DNA of 62,894 nt, counting the filler, from Folioceros fuciformis (lineage: Eukaryota), in NCBI GenBank assembly GCA_049999805.1. It is 6 parts of 6 records of this genome, joined end to end, with 100 filler letters (N's around TTAATTAATTAA, not from the genome) between each part and the next. Parts side by side here need not be neighbours in the genome. Positions count along the whole stretch, not along the records: positions 1 to 16,164 come from JBNGIO010001141.1; 5 more parts are not named here. One strand, 5' to 3'. The position numbers and the translations under genes were made by a program. Shown here piece after piece: positions 1 to 16,164 of the stretch (the stretch's first letter is position 1; the number at the start of each line of letters is the position of its first letter). The notes under the pieces are model-generated. The model saw only the letters and a program-made list of their open reading frames with translations, made no database searches and was not told where the DNA came from.

Positions 1-9
1 CCAACTTAC

Positions 10-53
10 GGATCAGACGGGGAGGCCTCAGCAGCTGGAGACGGTGTTGTCAT
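10..53 (-). CDS. CDC48: Probable first coding exon of CDC48/p97 (MTTPSPAAEASPSDP), remainder off the left edge
   Basis: ATG at 53, 44-nt exon ending in phase 2 at a GTAAGT donor. Resembles the short 'M..AESSD[PS]' first exon of plant CDC48. Confidence 0.6.
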
Positions 54-876
54 GGCTACTACTCAGCTGCAGCGCTTCCCAATCAGCTTGGATCCCGGAC
101 ACGAGACAGACCAAAGGGTCCTCCACAGACCTAAGTAAAAGCTCCACCACAATCACCGACCACTAAGCCCTAAGGTGAGCGTCCGTGCAGCTGGTGCTGA
201 ACTCACAGAGGCCGGGGAGAGAGCAATAACTTGCGCACTCGAGGTAGGCAGCAAACGCAAACGTTGCCGAAACTGATGCGCGGTGATGGCGACAGCTTTC
301 GATACTCAACTATTATCAACTCCTGGAGCCTACGAATATATATAGTCAATCTGGGCCGAGGATACATTCTCCGAGAATCATTGTCGAGTGCAGTAGGTTC
401 CTGCGAAGCTTTTCAGCCAACGTCCCATTTTCGGAAATGCTACTCAGATTAGCTGTCTGTTGGATTCTTCAGTGAGCGTGGACAGAAGCTTTTCTTCTAT
501 TGTACATACGCAAGTACATGCACATTATGTGCGATATCGTACTTCATCAGTCTATTTGTAAAAATGAGTCATTGTAGTGAATCATCACAACACTGAAGTG
601 AGAGAAAGGTTCTTCCCTCGCAAGCCACATGTAGGTATACAGTAAGGAATTAAGGTATCACGTATCATACTGAAGACTAGTTCTCGCCAATATGCCAGAT
701 CATAATGAATATCAATATCACTTTTCAAGTGAAAATACAAAAATGCTTGGCGTAGATCTCCCTGATTCCTCTCTTTTACTACACCCCAAGCGCCTCTTCC
801 GTCCTTCGCTGTGCCCAAGCGCGGACCCTGGATCAAAAACACAAACTACAAGACGAGATCTACTTTCTTCCGTCGT

Positions 877-3649
<2,773 letters not shown>

Positions 3650-4056
3650 CACGACACCCCGGTGCAGAGACGGAGCTCACAGCAAACACGCAGCAACGAG
3701 AAGGATGAACCCTCACAAAGGAGTAGGAATAAGGTGCAGTGCCGCACAAGCTACAGTGAGGCGGAGAACCAGCTACAGGCGGAGCCAACAGTCCAGTGGA
3801 CAACAAGGGCAGTCTTGGACAAATGCGCCGACGTTGGCTCGCCAGGATATGATAGCACCAGGCGAACCTTCTACATAGAAGGCTCTAGGTTTGGGCGGTG
3901 TGGCCGTTATCCCCACCACACATTTAGGTGGTTACCTTAACCCAATCCTACACGCTTTCGTTATCTCACGATTCCTTGGAGCCTTCTTCATGTTCTTCCG
4001 CTGCTGCACCGCATTTTCTCCTGGCCCGCTGGACACGTCATATGACATCTCAGATA

Positions 4057-4069
4057 TTCTAGAAAATTT
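4057..4069. promoter_or_regulatory. Possible heat-shock element upstream of cpHsp70
   Basis: TTCtaGAAaaTTT alternating nGAAn array about 400 bp upstream of the ATG; another GAAccTTC at 3864-3871. Confidence 0.3.
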
Positions 4070-5380
4070 ATATACTTTATATTGATATTTTAAATCTTAC
4101 AATAAAGTCGCACTGACAGATTAATTTTGCGTAACCTAGCAGGTATGGAATACGCCTAACAACACCCGTCATCTCATTATAAATTTTAGGCTTCCATATA
4201 CTACCCATATTCTTCAATTTAATGAACATTAGCCATCAGCAGCAAGCCGGTCATGGGGCCATCCCACCTAGCCATCATCACTTTCTCACAAGCTATGACT
4301 TGTGTTTAGAGGATGAGGAGGGTGAAGAAGAGGAAGCAAGAGTTTTCATACTGTGAGGCACGCCCCTGTACATAGCACAATAGAAGAAGGAGGCCACAAT
4401 TGGAAAAACATGACTCAAAAACTGAGAGATATGGTCTGCGGGTTGCATAGTAGCCTCAGCATGGTGGAGACCAAGGTGACCTACTACTTATTTCAGTCGT
4501 CAAGACTGCCTAGCTTTGCTATTATCGGGCCTAGACTGAGCTTTTGAGCCTTTTTCAACTTTCAATTGTTATACACAATAAATACTAAATAAGTAATTAA
4601 AAACTAATATAAAGATAAAATATAAATTTCTAATATAATTCTATTATCAAGGCTCTTAATAAGAGGACCATTGATGCATGTAATCTCAATATATGAAGAG
4701 TGAGAATGGTAAGATTAGTTCTCATGTTATGTATCACAAAAGTTTGTTTAAAAAATCCTCGTTCATATGCAATGGTACTTCAAGGTATTACCAAATATAA
4801 TTCCCAAAGATTAGTATAGATGGGTCCGTACTACCTACTTTTAGCTCATTGAGTATATTTTGTAAGCTACTAACATACTGAATAGAACACAAAAAGACTT
4901 GAAGATGGACACAAATATTAGCAACTTAGTTTCAGACACCTTATCAACTACATTAGTATTTGTATGCAAAGACATGGTTCCAAAATTTTTCAAAAATACC
5001 TCCAATAAACTATTGACTAATACTATGCACTTATTTGTATCTTCAAAATAAAATTTAGGACTAAATAGATGAAAAGCTTATAATATAACAAGATCGAGAA
5101 TCTTATAATTCAATGTATCAACAATAGATAAAGTTTGTTTCTTAGTACTAGCAATGCAAGAAATTATTTCACTTTCAAAGTAGTCAAGTAGTTAAATATA
5201 TATCAGCAGTCAAATATATATTAGAACCCTCATACGTTTCATGACTTTTTCTTTTTCGGTTTTCAACTAAAGAGAAAAGCTTTCTATTCCCATACTCATC
5301 TTAAATTTATATATACTTTTCACTTGTTCAATAATAGAATATATGAGAAGAGAAAAGCTTTCCACTCCCCATACTCATCT

Positions 5381-5543
5381 CTTTTTTTTTTCGTGAAGAA
5401 AAAAAAATCTGATTATTCGCAGCCTAGGCTGCTGTTAGGATACAACAATTGTTACGCATGCAACTGAATGAGAAGTTAGCATGCAAGCTAAATCTACTCT
5501 CCAAAAACGAGTACACCTGATCTAATCTGCGGGCGAGAGATAC
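5381..5543 (-). mobile_element. Short poly(A)-tailed retroposed insertion with ~13-bp target-site duplication
   Basis: T-run at 5382-5391 (poly-A on the minus strand), flanked by CCCATACTCATCT (5368-5380) and CCTATACTCATCT (5544-5556). Confidence 0.6.
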
Positions 5544-6293
5544 CCTATACTCATCTTACCAATTTTATATATACTTTTTGCTTGTTCAATAATAGAATAT
5601 ATGAGAAGAGTCATGTTAACTGATTCTAAATAATCAAATTGAAGATTTATGTTTAATGAATTAAGGACTTTTAAAATATATAACAAAAAGTGAAATGCAA
5701 GCATAGCCTTAGTAGTTCATAAAACTTGGAAGACAATCTTCGCCTATAGAGAAGAAGATCTACATAGACCCCCATCGACATTAAGCCAATTTAGGTTCTC
5801 CTTATGAAAAAGGTTAAGAAAACTTAACAATAGACAAATTATTCTACTTGTAGTTTAACCTCTAGACAACTAATGAACATTATGAATTCCAAATACAATT
5901 AAGACTTGCATTTCTAAATGCACTTGTAATTCATGTAATGCTTAGTCTTCTTACTTGAATGATGAAGAGCGACATGCAATTCCTTCATAATCTTTTTCGC
6001 CACCTTGGATGCTATCTTAATAGTTGTATCTGCTATGCAGTAAGCAATGCAATAATATTTGGGCAAATAACAAATTCACATGACATAGAAACTTCACAAC
6101 ATTGTAATCTCCTTCTCCTTTACCCTTGCCAAACTTGACTAATGCTTCATTGCTCACAAATCCACTTATTTTCTTGATGTCCAAATCAAAGGGTTGCAAT
6201 TGCTCAATCAAAGCCTTGAAGATCTTTCTCCATGTACACTTGTAATATTAAAGTTAGCCAACTTCAAAAACTTCGTTTGCACTTTCTCATACA

Positions 6294-6522
6294 AATAATT
6301 ATGTATTACACCATTACCTTGTCCATCCTCTCATCTATTAGTATCCCAAACTTTGGACTTGCACTTAATCAATAATTATGTATTACACCATTACCTTGTC
6401 CATCCCTCATCTATTAGTATTCCAAACTATGGACTTGCACTTAATCAATAATTATGTATTACACCATTCCCTTGTCCATCCCCTCATCTATCAGTATCCC
6501 AAACTATGGACTTGCACTTAAT
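6294..6522. repeat. Tandem triplication of a ~77-bp unit inside the transposase remnant
   Basis: AATAATTATGTATTACACCATT.CCTTGTCCATCC...GGACTTGCACTTAATC present three times. Confidence 0.9.
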
Positions 6523-7499
6523 CTCTCCTTTTGTTGTTCACGTAAAAAATTGGCTATAAGAACCACATTTTCATTGGAAGCATTTCCGGAAAGTATGCAT
6601 TATGTGTTTTCACTTCATGGAAAGCCTTCCACCCCAATATCCCCTGTAAACTCACAAAGGTCTTTATACATATGGTCACTCTAGCCTTGCCCTGCACCAA
6701 ACATAGGCCCAACAAACCCTGGCTGTGTCCGCTGTAACTCCACCAACGACGACTATGAATTGAGAGACTCTTGTTGTCTAGGTCCTTCGTGACAAACTAG
6801 TTGACACTTTGAATCTGAGCTTGTTAGCACAACAATTCTAGGGGTGACCAATAAGGTTGCCCAACAGAAGTTAATGGTTTTGACTCTCTTTCACGTCGTC
6901 TTCTTCACTTAGAAGTTGGCGTTGTTGAGCTGCCCACCTTTGCCTACTCTGTGCACGCTTTGGATGCCTTACTAGGAATGTCTCGACTTCTCAATCCATA
7001 ACATGGGTTGGCCTCTTATTGATCTGGTTACATGCCTCAGGCATCCCTGTTAAACCTACAGCTTGTGCTTAACAAAGATAGTAAGGTGTTTGTGTTGCAG
7101 ATGACTGCACCGGGCTTGGAGAAATGACTCTCACCGGAAAGCCATGCACTGCTTCAGCTGTATCCATCGGACCCTTCCACTAGCTGCTGCTAGCCGCTAA
7201 ATAAAACCCCTGCTCTCAAAGACAAACATGTGGTCTCCAACTAAGCATGAGTGCATCACTCAACAAATATCACCAAGAAATGAGAGTTAGTTCCTCCCAA
7301 ATTCTTAGTGGTGGTCTTCCTTCGTGTCGTAGCTGGTTGTAGCTATAAGTTGCCCACCCCCCAACCAAAATGAGCATAAGCAAAGCTCAATTACTCCCTA
7401 CCTAGATAATTCCAATTTTGGAAAAATCTTATTCCCAGAAAATCTCTGTTCCATGACAAAGTGTGTTATGGTACATATCATGCAAGTAGTGAGTATAAT

Positions 7500-8700
7500 C
7501 TACATCTAGTAGCATATAATGACCAACATGGTTCAAATGCTTCATATGATCTACATGAAGAGAAAGAGGTTGCCACATATAATCAAAATGGAGAGGAACC
7601 TTAAAACCAAAAGTATTGGATTTAGAGGAATAGGCTACCACATACAATCAAAATGGAGAGGAACCTAAAAGCCAAAAGTATTGGAATTATGTGTACGAAG
7701 ACCAATATAATGGTCCACACAATCCAAACGGAGAGCCAGCTATTGACGAATCGATGCACTAGAATGACTAACATGACAAGATGGTTAATAACTACAACTG
7801 TTCAAATAATGGGGATTATCCAAAACCAATGACACATGATGACCAATATGGCTCAAATGCTTCTTATCATCCAAATGAAGGGGTAGCTTTTGGATATTAT
7901 CCAAACTCAACAATACATAATGAAGGATCACTAGAGGAGCCACATGGTGAAGGAAAAGAGAAGGAAGCAAGGAGAAGAGGAAAAATAGAGGTCTCACACT
8001 CTCACATAATGTCCCTTGCATAACTCTCAAATGCAAGGGAGCTCAAGAGGGTATTTATAGCATGTAGAAGAGGTCCTAAGGAAGCTTCACAAGAAGTGCA
8101 CAGGAAACTGCACAAGAAGCTTCCTACAGATTAGCTTAAGCTAATTTAAACAAATGATACTTAACTAGACACTAATCTTAAACCTAACACATTAGTCTAA
8201 GCATATTGGGCTTTAATAACTCTACATATAATGCCCAACATGGTTATCAGTATGGCTCAAATGCTTCTTATCATCTAAATGAAGAGGTAGCTTAAGATTA
8301 ACATTACTCTAAGGAGACCAATACAACTCAAATGCACCAAATGATTCAAATGGAAAGGTGCTAATAACTAAAATTATTGGAATGCCCCTTATCGTCCAAA
8401 TGGTGAAGTGTCTAATAACAAGTACAATCCAAAGAAGGAAATAGCTAATAATCAACATCATTGGAATTATATGTATGAAAGACGAACATGATTCAATTGC
8501 CGCATATAATCCAAATGAAGAGGTAACTAGTGGCCAACTTGATTTGAATTATGTGCGTGAAGGCTAGTATGATTCAAATATCTTCCAAATGAAGAGGTAG
8601 CTAGTGGCCAACTTGATTTGAATTATGTGTGTGAAGGCGAGTATGGTTCAAATATGTTGTCCACTCCTATCCAAATGGAAAGGTATTTAATGATCCATAG
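7500..8700 (+). repeat. Degenerate coding-like repeats (Y-N/H-P-N-G/E-E units)
   Basis: Recurrent (C/T)ATAATC(C/A)AAATG(G/A)AGAGG motifs. Near-identical 43-mers at ~7847 and ~8251; ~70-bp duplicate at 8510-8655. Confidence 0.6.
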
Positions 8701-9640
8701 GGTTTCAATATTAGTAGAATTTACTATTATTCATTTAGATCAATTTTAGACGATTCTAGCTTACTTGAAGTTTTTTTTATTTTAATTTTATGTATATTTA
8801 CTCTTGTTTACTGGATATTTACTATTTACCTAGAAATAACTTTATTTATTGAAATTTTCTCAAATGTGTAATGTTTATCCTAACAAGGCACTGGTTTTTA
8901 GCCTCTTTATTTCTTTCTCGGTTAGTACATTTACTTTAGTCTAATGATTCCTGCTACTCCTCCTTTGATCGTTAGCCGTGAGCAACTTCATATCTTGTGC
9001 TAATTGGAGTCCACGTGTTGTAAGGCAATTGTAGGCCTCTTGATTCAACGGGTTGAGGGGTAGCTATAGGCGCGCTATTGTTTTAGTTTTTTAGTCACAC
9101 CATGTTGCCATTTTTGGCCCTTGGTTACCCTCCTCTCACTTTACAAATCGCAAAGTTTTCCTCTTACATTTCGTGTGGATTTTACCTCTAACATCATGCA
9201 CAAATTGCGTCTCTCACCCTCATTGAAGAAGGCCTAAGTGAACGCAATAAAATTGTGAGGATTTGGACCTTGCTAAGTTAGGAACTTAAGTGGGTTTTTA
9301 GTTTTCATTTTAAAATTTCTTCTATTTCAATTTTAGACTCCCATGAGGAAGAAGCTGAAGATGTAGTAGTGCAGCAGACCATTTAGATTAATTGATATGA
9401 TTCGACCGAACCTTTCGCAACTAATTGATGCACAAGAATGCGATGAGGACGATAGTGACCAGCAAAACTGACGTGCACGACTTACGATGCGACTGCCACT
9501 CTATCATGGGTTGATAAGGGGCAACATTGTGAGTGTAACCATGGCCGGGCAGTTGGGCGTAGGCTGCTAGAGCAAAGTAATTTTTTCTCCACTACGAAAC
9601 GGCTAGTAGGAGTGCAGTAGAAGCTGTCAGTTTAATTTAC

Positions 9641-9835
9641 AGTGGTGATGGCCAAATTTGGATGGATGTCTATAGCAGTGGTGATGGGTAAGTCTGGATG
9701 GATGTCTATATCGGTGGTGGTGGCCAAATCTGGATGGATGTCTATGTCAATGGTGATGGCCTAATTTGGATGGATGTCTATATTCAGTGGTGATGGCCAA
9801 ATCAGGATGAATCTTTATATTAGTGGTGATGGTGA
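9641..9835. repeat. Subterminal tandem repeat, ~36-bp unit x5
   Basis: AGTGGTGATGGCCAAAT(T/C)TGGATGGATGTCTAT repeated next to the right inverted end of the hAT element. Confidence 0.9.
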
Positions 9836-10704
9836 AATGTGAATGCCCTCATGGCTGCACTTGTTGATCTAGTCATGTTGTTTAAGTTGAAACATACAGA
9901 CCCTATGTAGAACTCTAAAATTTAGAATGACATGCCGGGTGTGCATTTGGGTATTCCATAGCCTCTATGTTAATTATTTGTACTATGATAAGTTAATACT
10001 TACTATATATGGACTCGTGATCTGTTTATTAATCATAGATTAATACAATCTTTTAATTTAGATGCGTGTGGTTGTGCCCTAATCCAATATAAGGGTGCTA
10101 TGCAAATCTATGTTTAGTGGAGGATAGGCTACTCTAAGGTCGTCCGGGAGGGGTCCTGTGCTCGGGTCAAGAATTGCGAATTGCAGGTAAGTCTATGTTG
10201 GCTCCGTTAATATAAACCGATTGGAAGGGACGTTAATTTTGTAGAGCCTTATCTTCCACGAGAATGGGCTCGGTCCAATGGAGAATAAATCAAAATAAGT
10301 CTACATATGTATTGCGAGATCAATTGCCAGAAATAGGCCAGCCGATCCTGAAGGTCGGAAAGATGGATATACTAGTTGTTGCGGTTCACACAAGTCAGCA
10401 TCTATGCTGGAACGCACGGATATCCGTGACCTTCAGCAGTGGTGCGCCATGCGAATCTGGGTTTCTGCCGGAGCTGATGCTGTTGCGGCTCGGTGCTGCA
10501 GCTGCTCAGCTGGTGCTGAAGCTCCAGATATATATTGCTGGCTGCGGAGCTTCTTGTCGATGAGTGGTTTTGGTGTGATGAGCTTGCTGGACCATGACAT
10601 CCCGTTTTCTGAAATACCTGTCCGGCCCTTGACTGGACGTGTGGATGTTGTCGCCTGTGTTCCAGTGACGAGTCGCGATCCGTGTCCAAGGCCGACACAC
10701 GGAA

Positions 10705-12663
10705 ATGGCGCCGGCTCGTGGCAGTTTTTATGGTTGGATTTCTAAGGATCTCTGACAGTTTACCTTCCATTTGCATACAGCTGCGCTCTTTGGCAGGGTT
10801 TGTTGACAGAACGCCACGCCTCGCCTCTTGCAGTGTCGAAGATTGTGATTTTCCTCCTGGTTCTGCATTTCTCAATTGGATTGGCAAGGAAGCATAGGGG
10901 GTACCATGGAGACGAGTCGTCTCGTGCCCCGTTGCAGACAAGTCGTGCTTTCGACATTGCACACCGGGGTGCTTGTGGAGAATATCCTGAGGAAACTGGT
11001 CCTGCGTACCAGGTAGTGGTTCTGTTTCTTTTGGAAATTGGCAATTAGCCACTGGATGTGCCTTGTTTCGATTGCTCCATGGCTTCTGCCATCCTCGTTC
11101 TTAGGTGGGAGGTCATTTTACTTGCAGAGGGCCATCATTGAAGGTGCAGACTTCATTGAGACTGACATCACAGCGACAAAGGATGGAGTTTTGATATGCA
11201 TGCATGATGTTTATCTGAATGATACAACGAATATAGCTGACCACAAAGAGTTTCTCGATCGAGTGGTCACATACGAGGTCGATGGTGTCAATGTCACAGC
11301 ATGGTTCACAGGTACTCTTGATTTTGGCTGCTGTATGGATCAATGCACAAAGCCTGGCTTGCTAATTTCATGGGGGTAGCCATTGTTGGCATCACTTTCT
11401 TATGCCTGCACCGTGTTGATTCTTTTTTTGAATTCCTGCTTCCGTGTGCAGTGGACTTCACCTGGGAAGAGCTCAAAACTTTGAGGGCTCGACAGAGATT
11501 TAGCTTCAGGGACCAATCCTACAATGGTAAGGGTCGGGAGCAAATACATGTCACGCTGAAGGAGGTGACGGAATGGTCTCAACTTTGTGTTCTCGTCGAT
11601 TTCTTTTGTCAACTGCAGACAAGTTCTCTATAATAACATTTGAGGAGTACATCTCAATTGCACTCGAAGCACCTCGGATAGTTGGAATCTACCCTGAAAT
11701 CAAGAGCCCAGTCTTCATCAATCAACATGTATGTCAATCTTCACTGTCCTCTTTTTCTCAAGAATTTGGCGGTTTTCATGTTACATTTGCCTGCGTTGGC
11801 TGCACATCCAGCTGGTAGTAAACCTTGAATAACTGTCGGCTTGATCCAGGTGAAATGGCCAGGAGGAAAAGGATTTGAGGACGTGTTTGTTGAGACGCTG
11901 CTGAAACATGGGTACCACGGAGAGTTTCTTTCTGAACCATGGTTGGCTCAGCCAGTTTTCATTCAGTCGTTTGCGCCGACCTCGCTCATCTACGCAGCAA
12001 ATTTAACAAATAGTCCCAAAGTGTTCCTCATTGATTCCACCACTTCTTTTACTGAGGATACTAATCAGGTTGATCTCCTGTATGCCGATTGTGATTGCTA
12101 TCGATTGTGATGTGGAAAGTACACATTGAGCAATCGTACTTAATTCAGTTTTCTGTTTCTTTTCTCAGTCATTTGCGGATGTAACCTCTTCCGAGTACTT
12201 GGACTTCATCAGTCAGTATGTGGTTGGAATCGGGCCCTGGAAAGACACGATTGTGCCGCCAGACGAGGGCAACTACCTGACAGATCCATCTGACCTTGTG
12301 AAGAAGGCGCATAAGCGGGGACTTCAGGTATTCTCCGCTTCTTTTGTCTTTATGGCGAATGTCGATGAAGAGATATGCGGTGTCTGATCCCCCTGGCGTT
12401 CATTCTTCATGTGTCTTGTTCAGGTTCACCCTTACACCTTCCGCAACGAGAACACGTATTTGCACTTTGACTTTCATCAAGATCCATATCAGGAGTACGA
12501 GTACTGGATTGGACACATTGGTGTGGACGGGCTTTTCACTGATTTCCCTGGTAGTTTCAACAACTTCCAGGAGTGGACTTCCCCTTTGGGCTCCAGCACT
12601 TCTGCAGTCCAAGTTTTAGACAAAATATCACAAATCATACGCAAGTTCCAGGATTCGGATTGA
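10705..12663 (+). CDS. GDPD: Glycerophosphodiester phosphodiesterase (GDPD5/6-like), multi-exon, secreted
   Basis: IAHRG, FIETD...KDG..IC.HD, YPEIK, FIQSF, GIGPWK, VHPYTFRNE, GVDGLFTDF; hydrophobic signal peptide. The start exon (10705-10732) is inferred. Confidence 0.93.
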
Positions 12664-12975
12664 TGTACTTGCGTACAAATTTGCGTTCCAGGGTAGTCGA
12701 ATTGTATAATTGGGAATGTTGCATTGCTTAATGTGGTAATTACCATTTGTATGCATATAGCCGTACAACTTGCTTGAGAACAAGTCAAGAGTCGGTGGAA
12801 CCAATCGGGGAACCATCAAAAATCGAATATTAATAGTGTCAGAAATTTCTCAAAAATCAGACAAACATCGTAGGTATAAAAAAATTGCTAGACCCGAGGG
12901 CGATTTAATAGATTGATTAAAATGACAAACATGTGACTCTCAAATTAGATGACTAAAATTCTAAAGCCCTTCTAC

Positions 12976-15283
12976 CTAATGATTTCCAAGAAATTTCTTC
13001 GGCTCCTGATTCCTCGACAGGATAGTACGGGCTGCCTTCACCAATTCTTCTTTGATAGCAAACAAAACAGCCGCGGCAATCACACTTTGAAAAATTTTTG
13101 TACTCATTCCCCTGTAGAAGCCAGCAATCCCCTCGTATCGAATCATCTTTGCTAGAGCATCCAGAGTCCCTGGGAAAATCGAGAGAAGATCAGCGGGCAA
13201 TCAAGCAATCAAAAGCAGTTTGTCCACCACGGGGTAAACATAGGATGTCCTGGGTCAACACCGTCGTAATTTGCAAACACTTCACCTGTATAGTTCGCAG
13301 CCTTATCCGATCCCTTTGCTTGTTTGGCCTGGAGCCGTGACTGCAAATACAGACCCTCGTAATGAGTCTATCACTGACCATGCTATGTCTAGAGTAGCCT
13401 TTTTGGCCTGGAGCTCGTAGCGGAATGTACAAAACTCGTCAGGAAGCTCTTAGACTTGCACCTACAATGCACGTCCAGAGGAAGGTTTCAAACCTTGACC
13501 ACCAGCAGAGGATACGTGATGACAGTTGCACCGAGTTTTGCAACAGCTCCAAGGAGGAACACCTGTCAAGAGGAATCATCGCAATCAACACATCAGCCTG
13601 ACAGTAAACCGACAACACACTTTATCAACAAAAGCAAAGAGAATGTATACCTCGCCAGCGCCTACGTGCTTTACACCATGTGCATTTGGACTCCGTTTGA
13701 CTGTTAATCTTTTAAGCAAGGTTTCGTAGATCATGAATTGTATCGATGGGTTGCTCACCTGTACAAAACTCTGCGGTTAGTACACTAGGAAGAGAGCTCT
13801 CCTATCGATAGGGTATGCCAAGGGCAAAAGTTTACCATAATGAGAGTGGGCACCACTCCTCTCCAATATCCCAAGATCCCTGACTCCTTATATAGCTCTT
13901 TCACCTGAAACATCAATAAAGTAGATGGCGGGACAACATTATGGTGACGGATATCACACACTGCTTATGCCACAGCATCGCACAACTGCACACGGAAGGA
14001 ACATACCACCTCCAACGCTCCTACGCTTGTAATAAGCGAGGGATTCTTATCACCCGTATCTTTATTAACATCACAGGCATCAGCTCCCCCCGCTCTGTGT
14101 GCAGCATTATCTTCCAACTTCTTTTGAGCTTGAGCATGAGTCTGCAAATGTCAATCACCAACTGATCGGACTAGAGAATATGGAAGGATTGTGATTTAAA
14201 AGTAATTAACTTGTGGGTGATCCTTTAGATCAACAAGAAGTCTACAGCTTAATTACCTGCATTTGTGTCACAACCACCCAGATAGGATTCGTCAATAGCA
14301 CATTTATGGAGCTGCAAAACCCTGCTGCCAGATGAGCACAAAAACTCAAGATGCTTATAGCTCCAGATCACGAGGCAGGACGCTTGAGCATAGTTCGAAA
14401 GGTGGGTTACCCAGCCAATGCAGCCACAACGAGGGATCCAAACATGCCTAGAGTTCCATCACCAAAGCCCAGTTTCTTCCTCCTTTGAGCCCGGCCCTCA
14501 GCTTCATTTTTTAGAAGCTGGTAGAAGTAGTAATATACAGCCTGCGTTCCAAAATCCAAGTTACAAGACAGTTATCAGATGAAAACGCTATGCTGTCATC
14601 AGATACTAGGGTCAATTATTCCATGCCGACGCATCTAAGTACAAGAAACCGCAGCTTGTTGACACCAATGTACATTCCCTCAAATTGTTCAGAAACGTCC
14701 TCTTTCCATAAACTTATATTCACTTTCAGAAGGTCCGCTGGAACAGCTTCATGTGAGGGGTAAGTATACCTGAGACGCAACAGTTCCAACTAATGAAGGG
14801 AGAAGGCCTCTGTACAATCCTCCCCATCCCTCACACTTAATCACCTGTAGGATGCAACAAGGAGAGGGTTTAAAAGATTGAAGAAGAGGAAGGAAAGCAG
14901 CAAATCCGGATGAAGCCACGAGGAAGCGAGAGGTTCCTACCTCCCATAATTTGTAGAACGTGCCGTCAGGAAGTCTGCGTGGACGAGCAGGTCCACTGAC
15001 GGATGAAACACCAGCTGTGCCCCTCAGTACAGCTTGTTTACCTGTTCTCTCAGTCTGCTGTCGCGTATTCACCTGAGAAAAATAGTCAAGGTCAGATCTT
15101 GGCATGGAACGTCAATTGCTCAGAACGAAGCAATCCTTGCAAGGTAGCTCGCTGATGCTCTGTTTTCAACGACTTTAGTCCTGCCGAAGGCGGAAAACTT
15201 ACAGCCTGGAGGGGATAGGTTAAAAGCTGGGCAACAACACCACCTCCAGCACCTGCCAATCCGTTGATGGCTGCATCCGACAT
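12976..15283 (-). CDS. PXN: Peroxisomal NAD+ carrier (SLC25A17/PMP34-like), multi-exon
   Basis: N-terminus MSDAAINGLAGAGGGVVAQLLTYPLQAVNTRQQTER; carrier motifs NPIWVV.T.MQ, VSNPSIQFMIYE, TYPLLVVKSRLQ, EGIAGFYRG; GT-AG introns. Confidence 0.95.
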
Positions 15284-16164
15284 TTTGCAACTCTGGGCTT
15301 CTCAAGGAGCAGGACCGAGATCTCCAACTGGGCCAACGTAGGTTGGCAAAGATGCCAAACGAGAGGACGGCAGCTGCTTCGGATGCGCCATACGCTGAGC
15401 CCACCCTGGATGCCTGAGAGATGCCAACCACCAAGGTCACACTTTCCGCCTGGAAAACTCCCCTATGGAAATTCAACAGAACAGTTTCCGTTGATATCGA
15501 GAAGCCCTGGGACTCGCATCGGCGCTCCCCTGCCCAAAGGCAGCCGTGAACAAAGTGATTTCGTCCATATTTAAACACCATAACAATTGTCACGGGCCAC
15601 GGTATCTAAATTACCCCAACTTAAGTTGCAAACAATTGTATTTAAAGCGCTGCAACATCCACAGCTCCCACGCCAGAATTCTCTTCTCCTCCTGCAAATA
15701 AGAACACAATTGTAAGAATCTTCTCTTCATTAGTACTTGGATGGGGTCCCTGAAGAGGAATGCCCTTTATGCCAGTGGTAGCAAGTAAGCAATCAGCCTT
15801 GCAAGAGAGTGCGGTCATTTGGAGGCTTTTCTCTTAATAGTAGAAAGACTTACCTTAGAGCTTAAGAAAAGGTCTGCAGTTTGTAGGAGCCTAGAGAAGA
15901 TCACTTGGGCCACACTCATGAACTCATGAAGACAGGATTTGGATGCTTAGAGATATGCAAAGACAAGGTGAAATGGAAAGTGTTCAGCTTGGGATGACAA
16001 ACATTGGATGTTCTCTTCAACCTTTGTGCATTCTTCTTCTTGACTCATTGTGTAAAGAAAATTGTAATGTTTTATCTAGGAGAACATTAAATTACTTAAA
16101 GGCCTAACTCTGTTTGTGGTATTACTTCTAACTAACCATGTGTTTGTGATCAATTGATTGGATG

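Larger units (their letters stand above)
4640..6680 (-). pseudogene. hAT transposase remnant (ZNF862/ZMYM1-like)
   Basis: Minus-strand fragments LSASP*FGILIDE (first D), GFVSNEA (degenerate SDGA), HCLLH (CxxH) and STIAYERGFFKQ (catalytic E/dimerization domain, ~4730-4780). Many stops and frameshifts. Confidence 0.75.
4132..9972 (-). mobile_element. Degenerate hAT-superfamily DNA transposon (~5.8 kb) with long imperfect terminal inverted repeats
   Basis: 4132-4282 is the diverged reverse complement of 9822-9972 (e.g. TATGGAATAC...CACCCG.CAT.TCATT.TAAATTTTAG). Internal transposase remnant; AT-rich. Confidence 0.75.

Noticed and set aside
9641..9835. ~36-bp repeats resembling a CRISPR array
   Set aside because: Head-to-tail with no unique spacers, no cas genes, and eukaryotic context.
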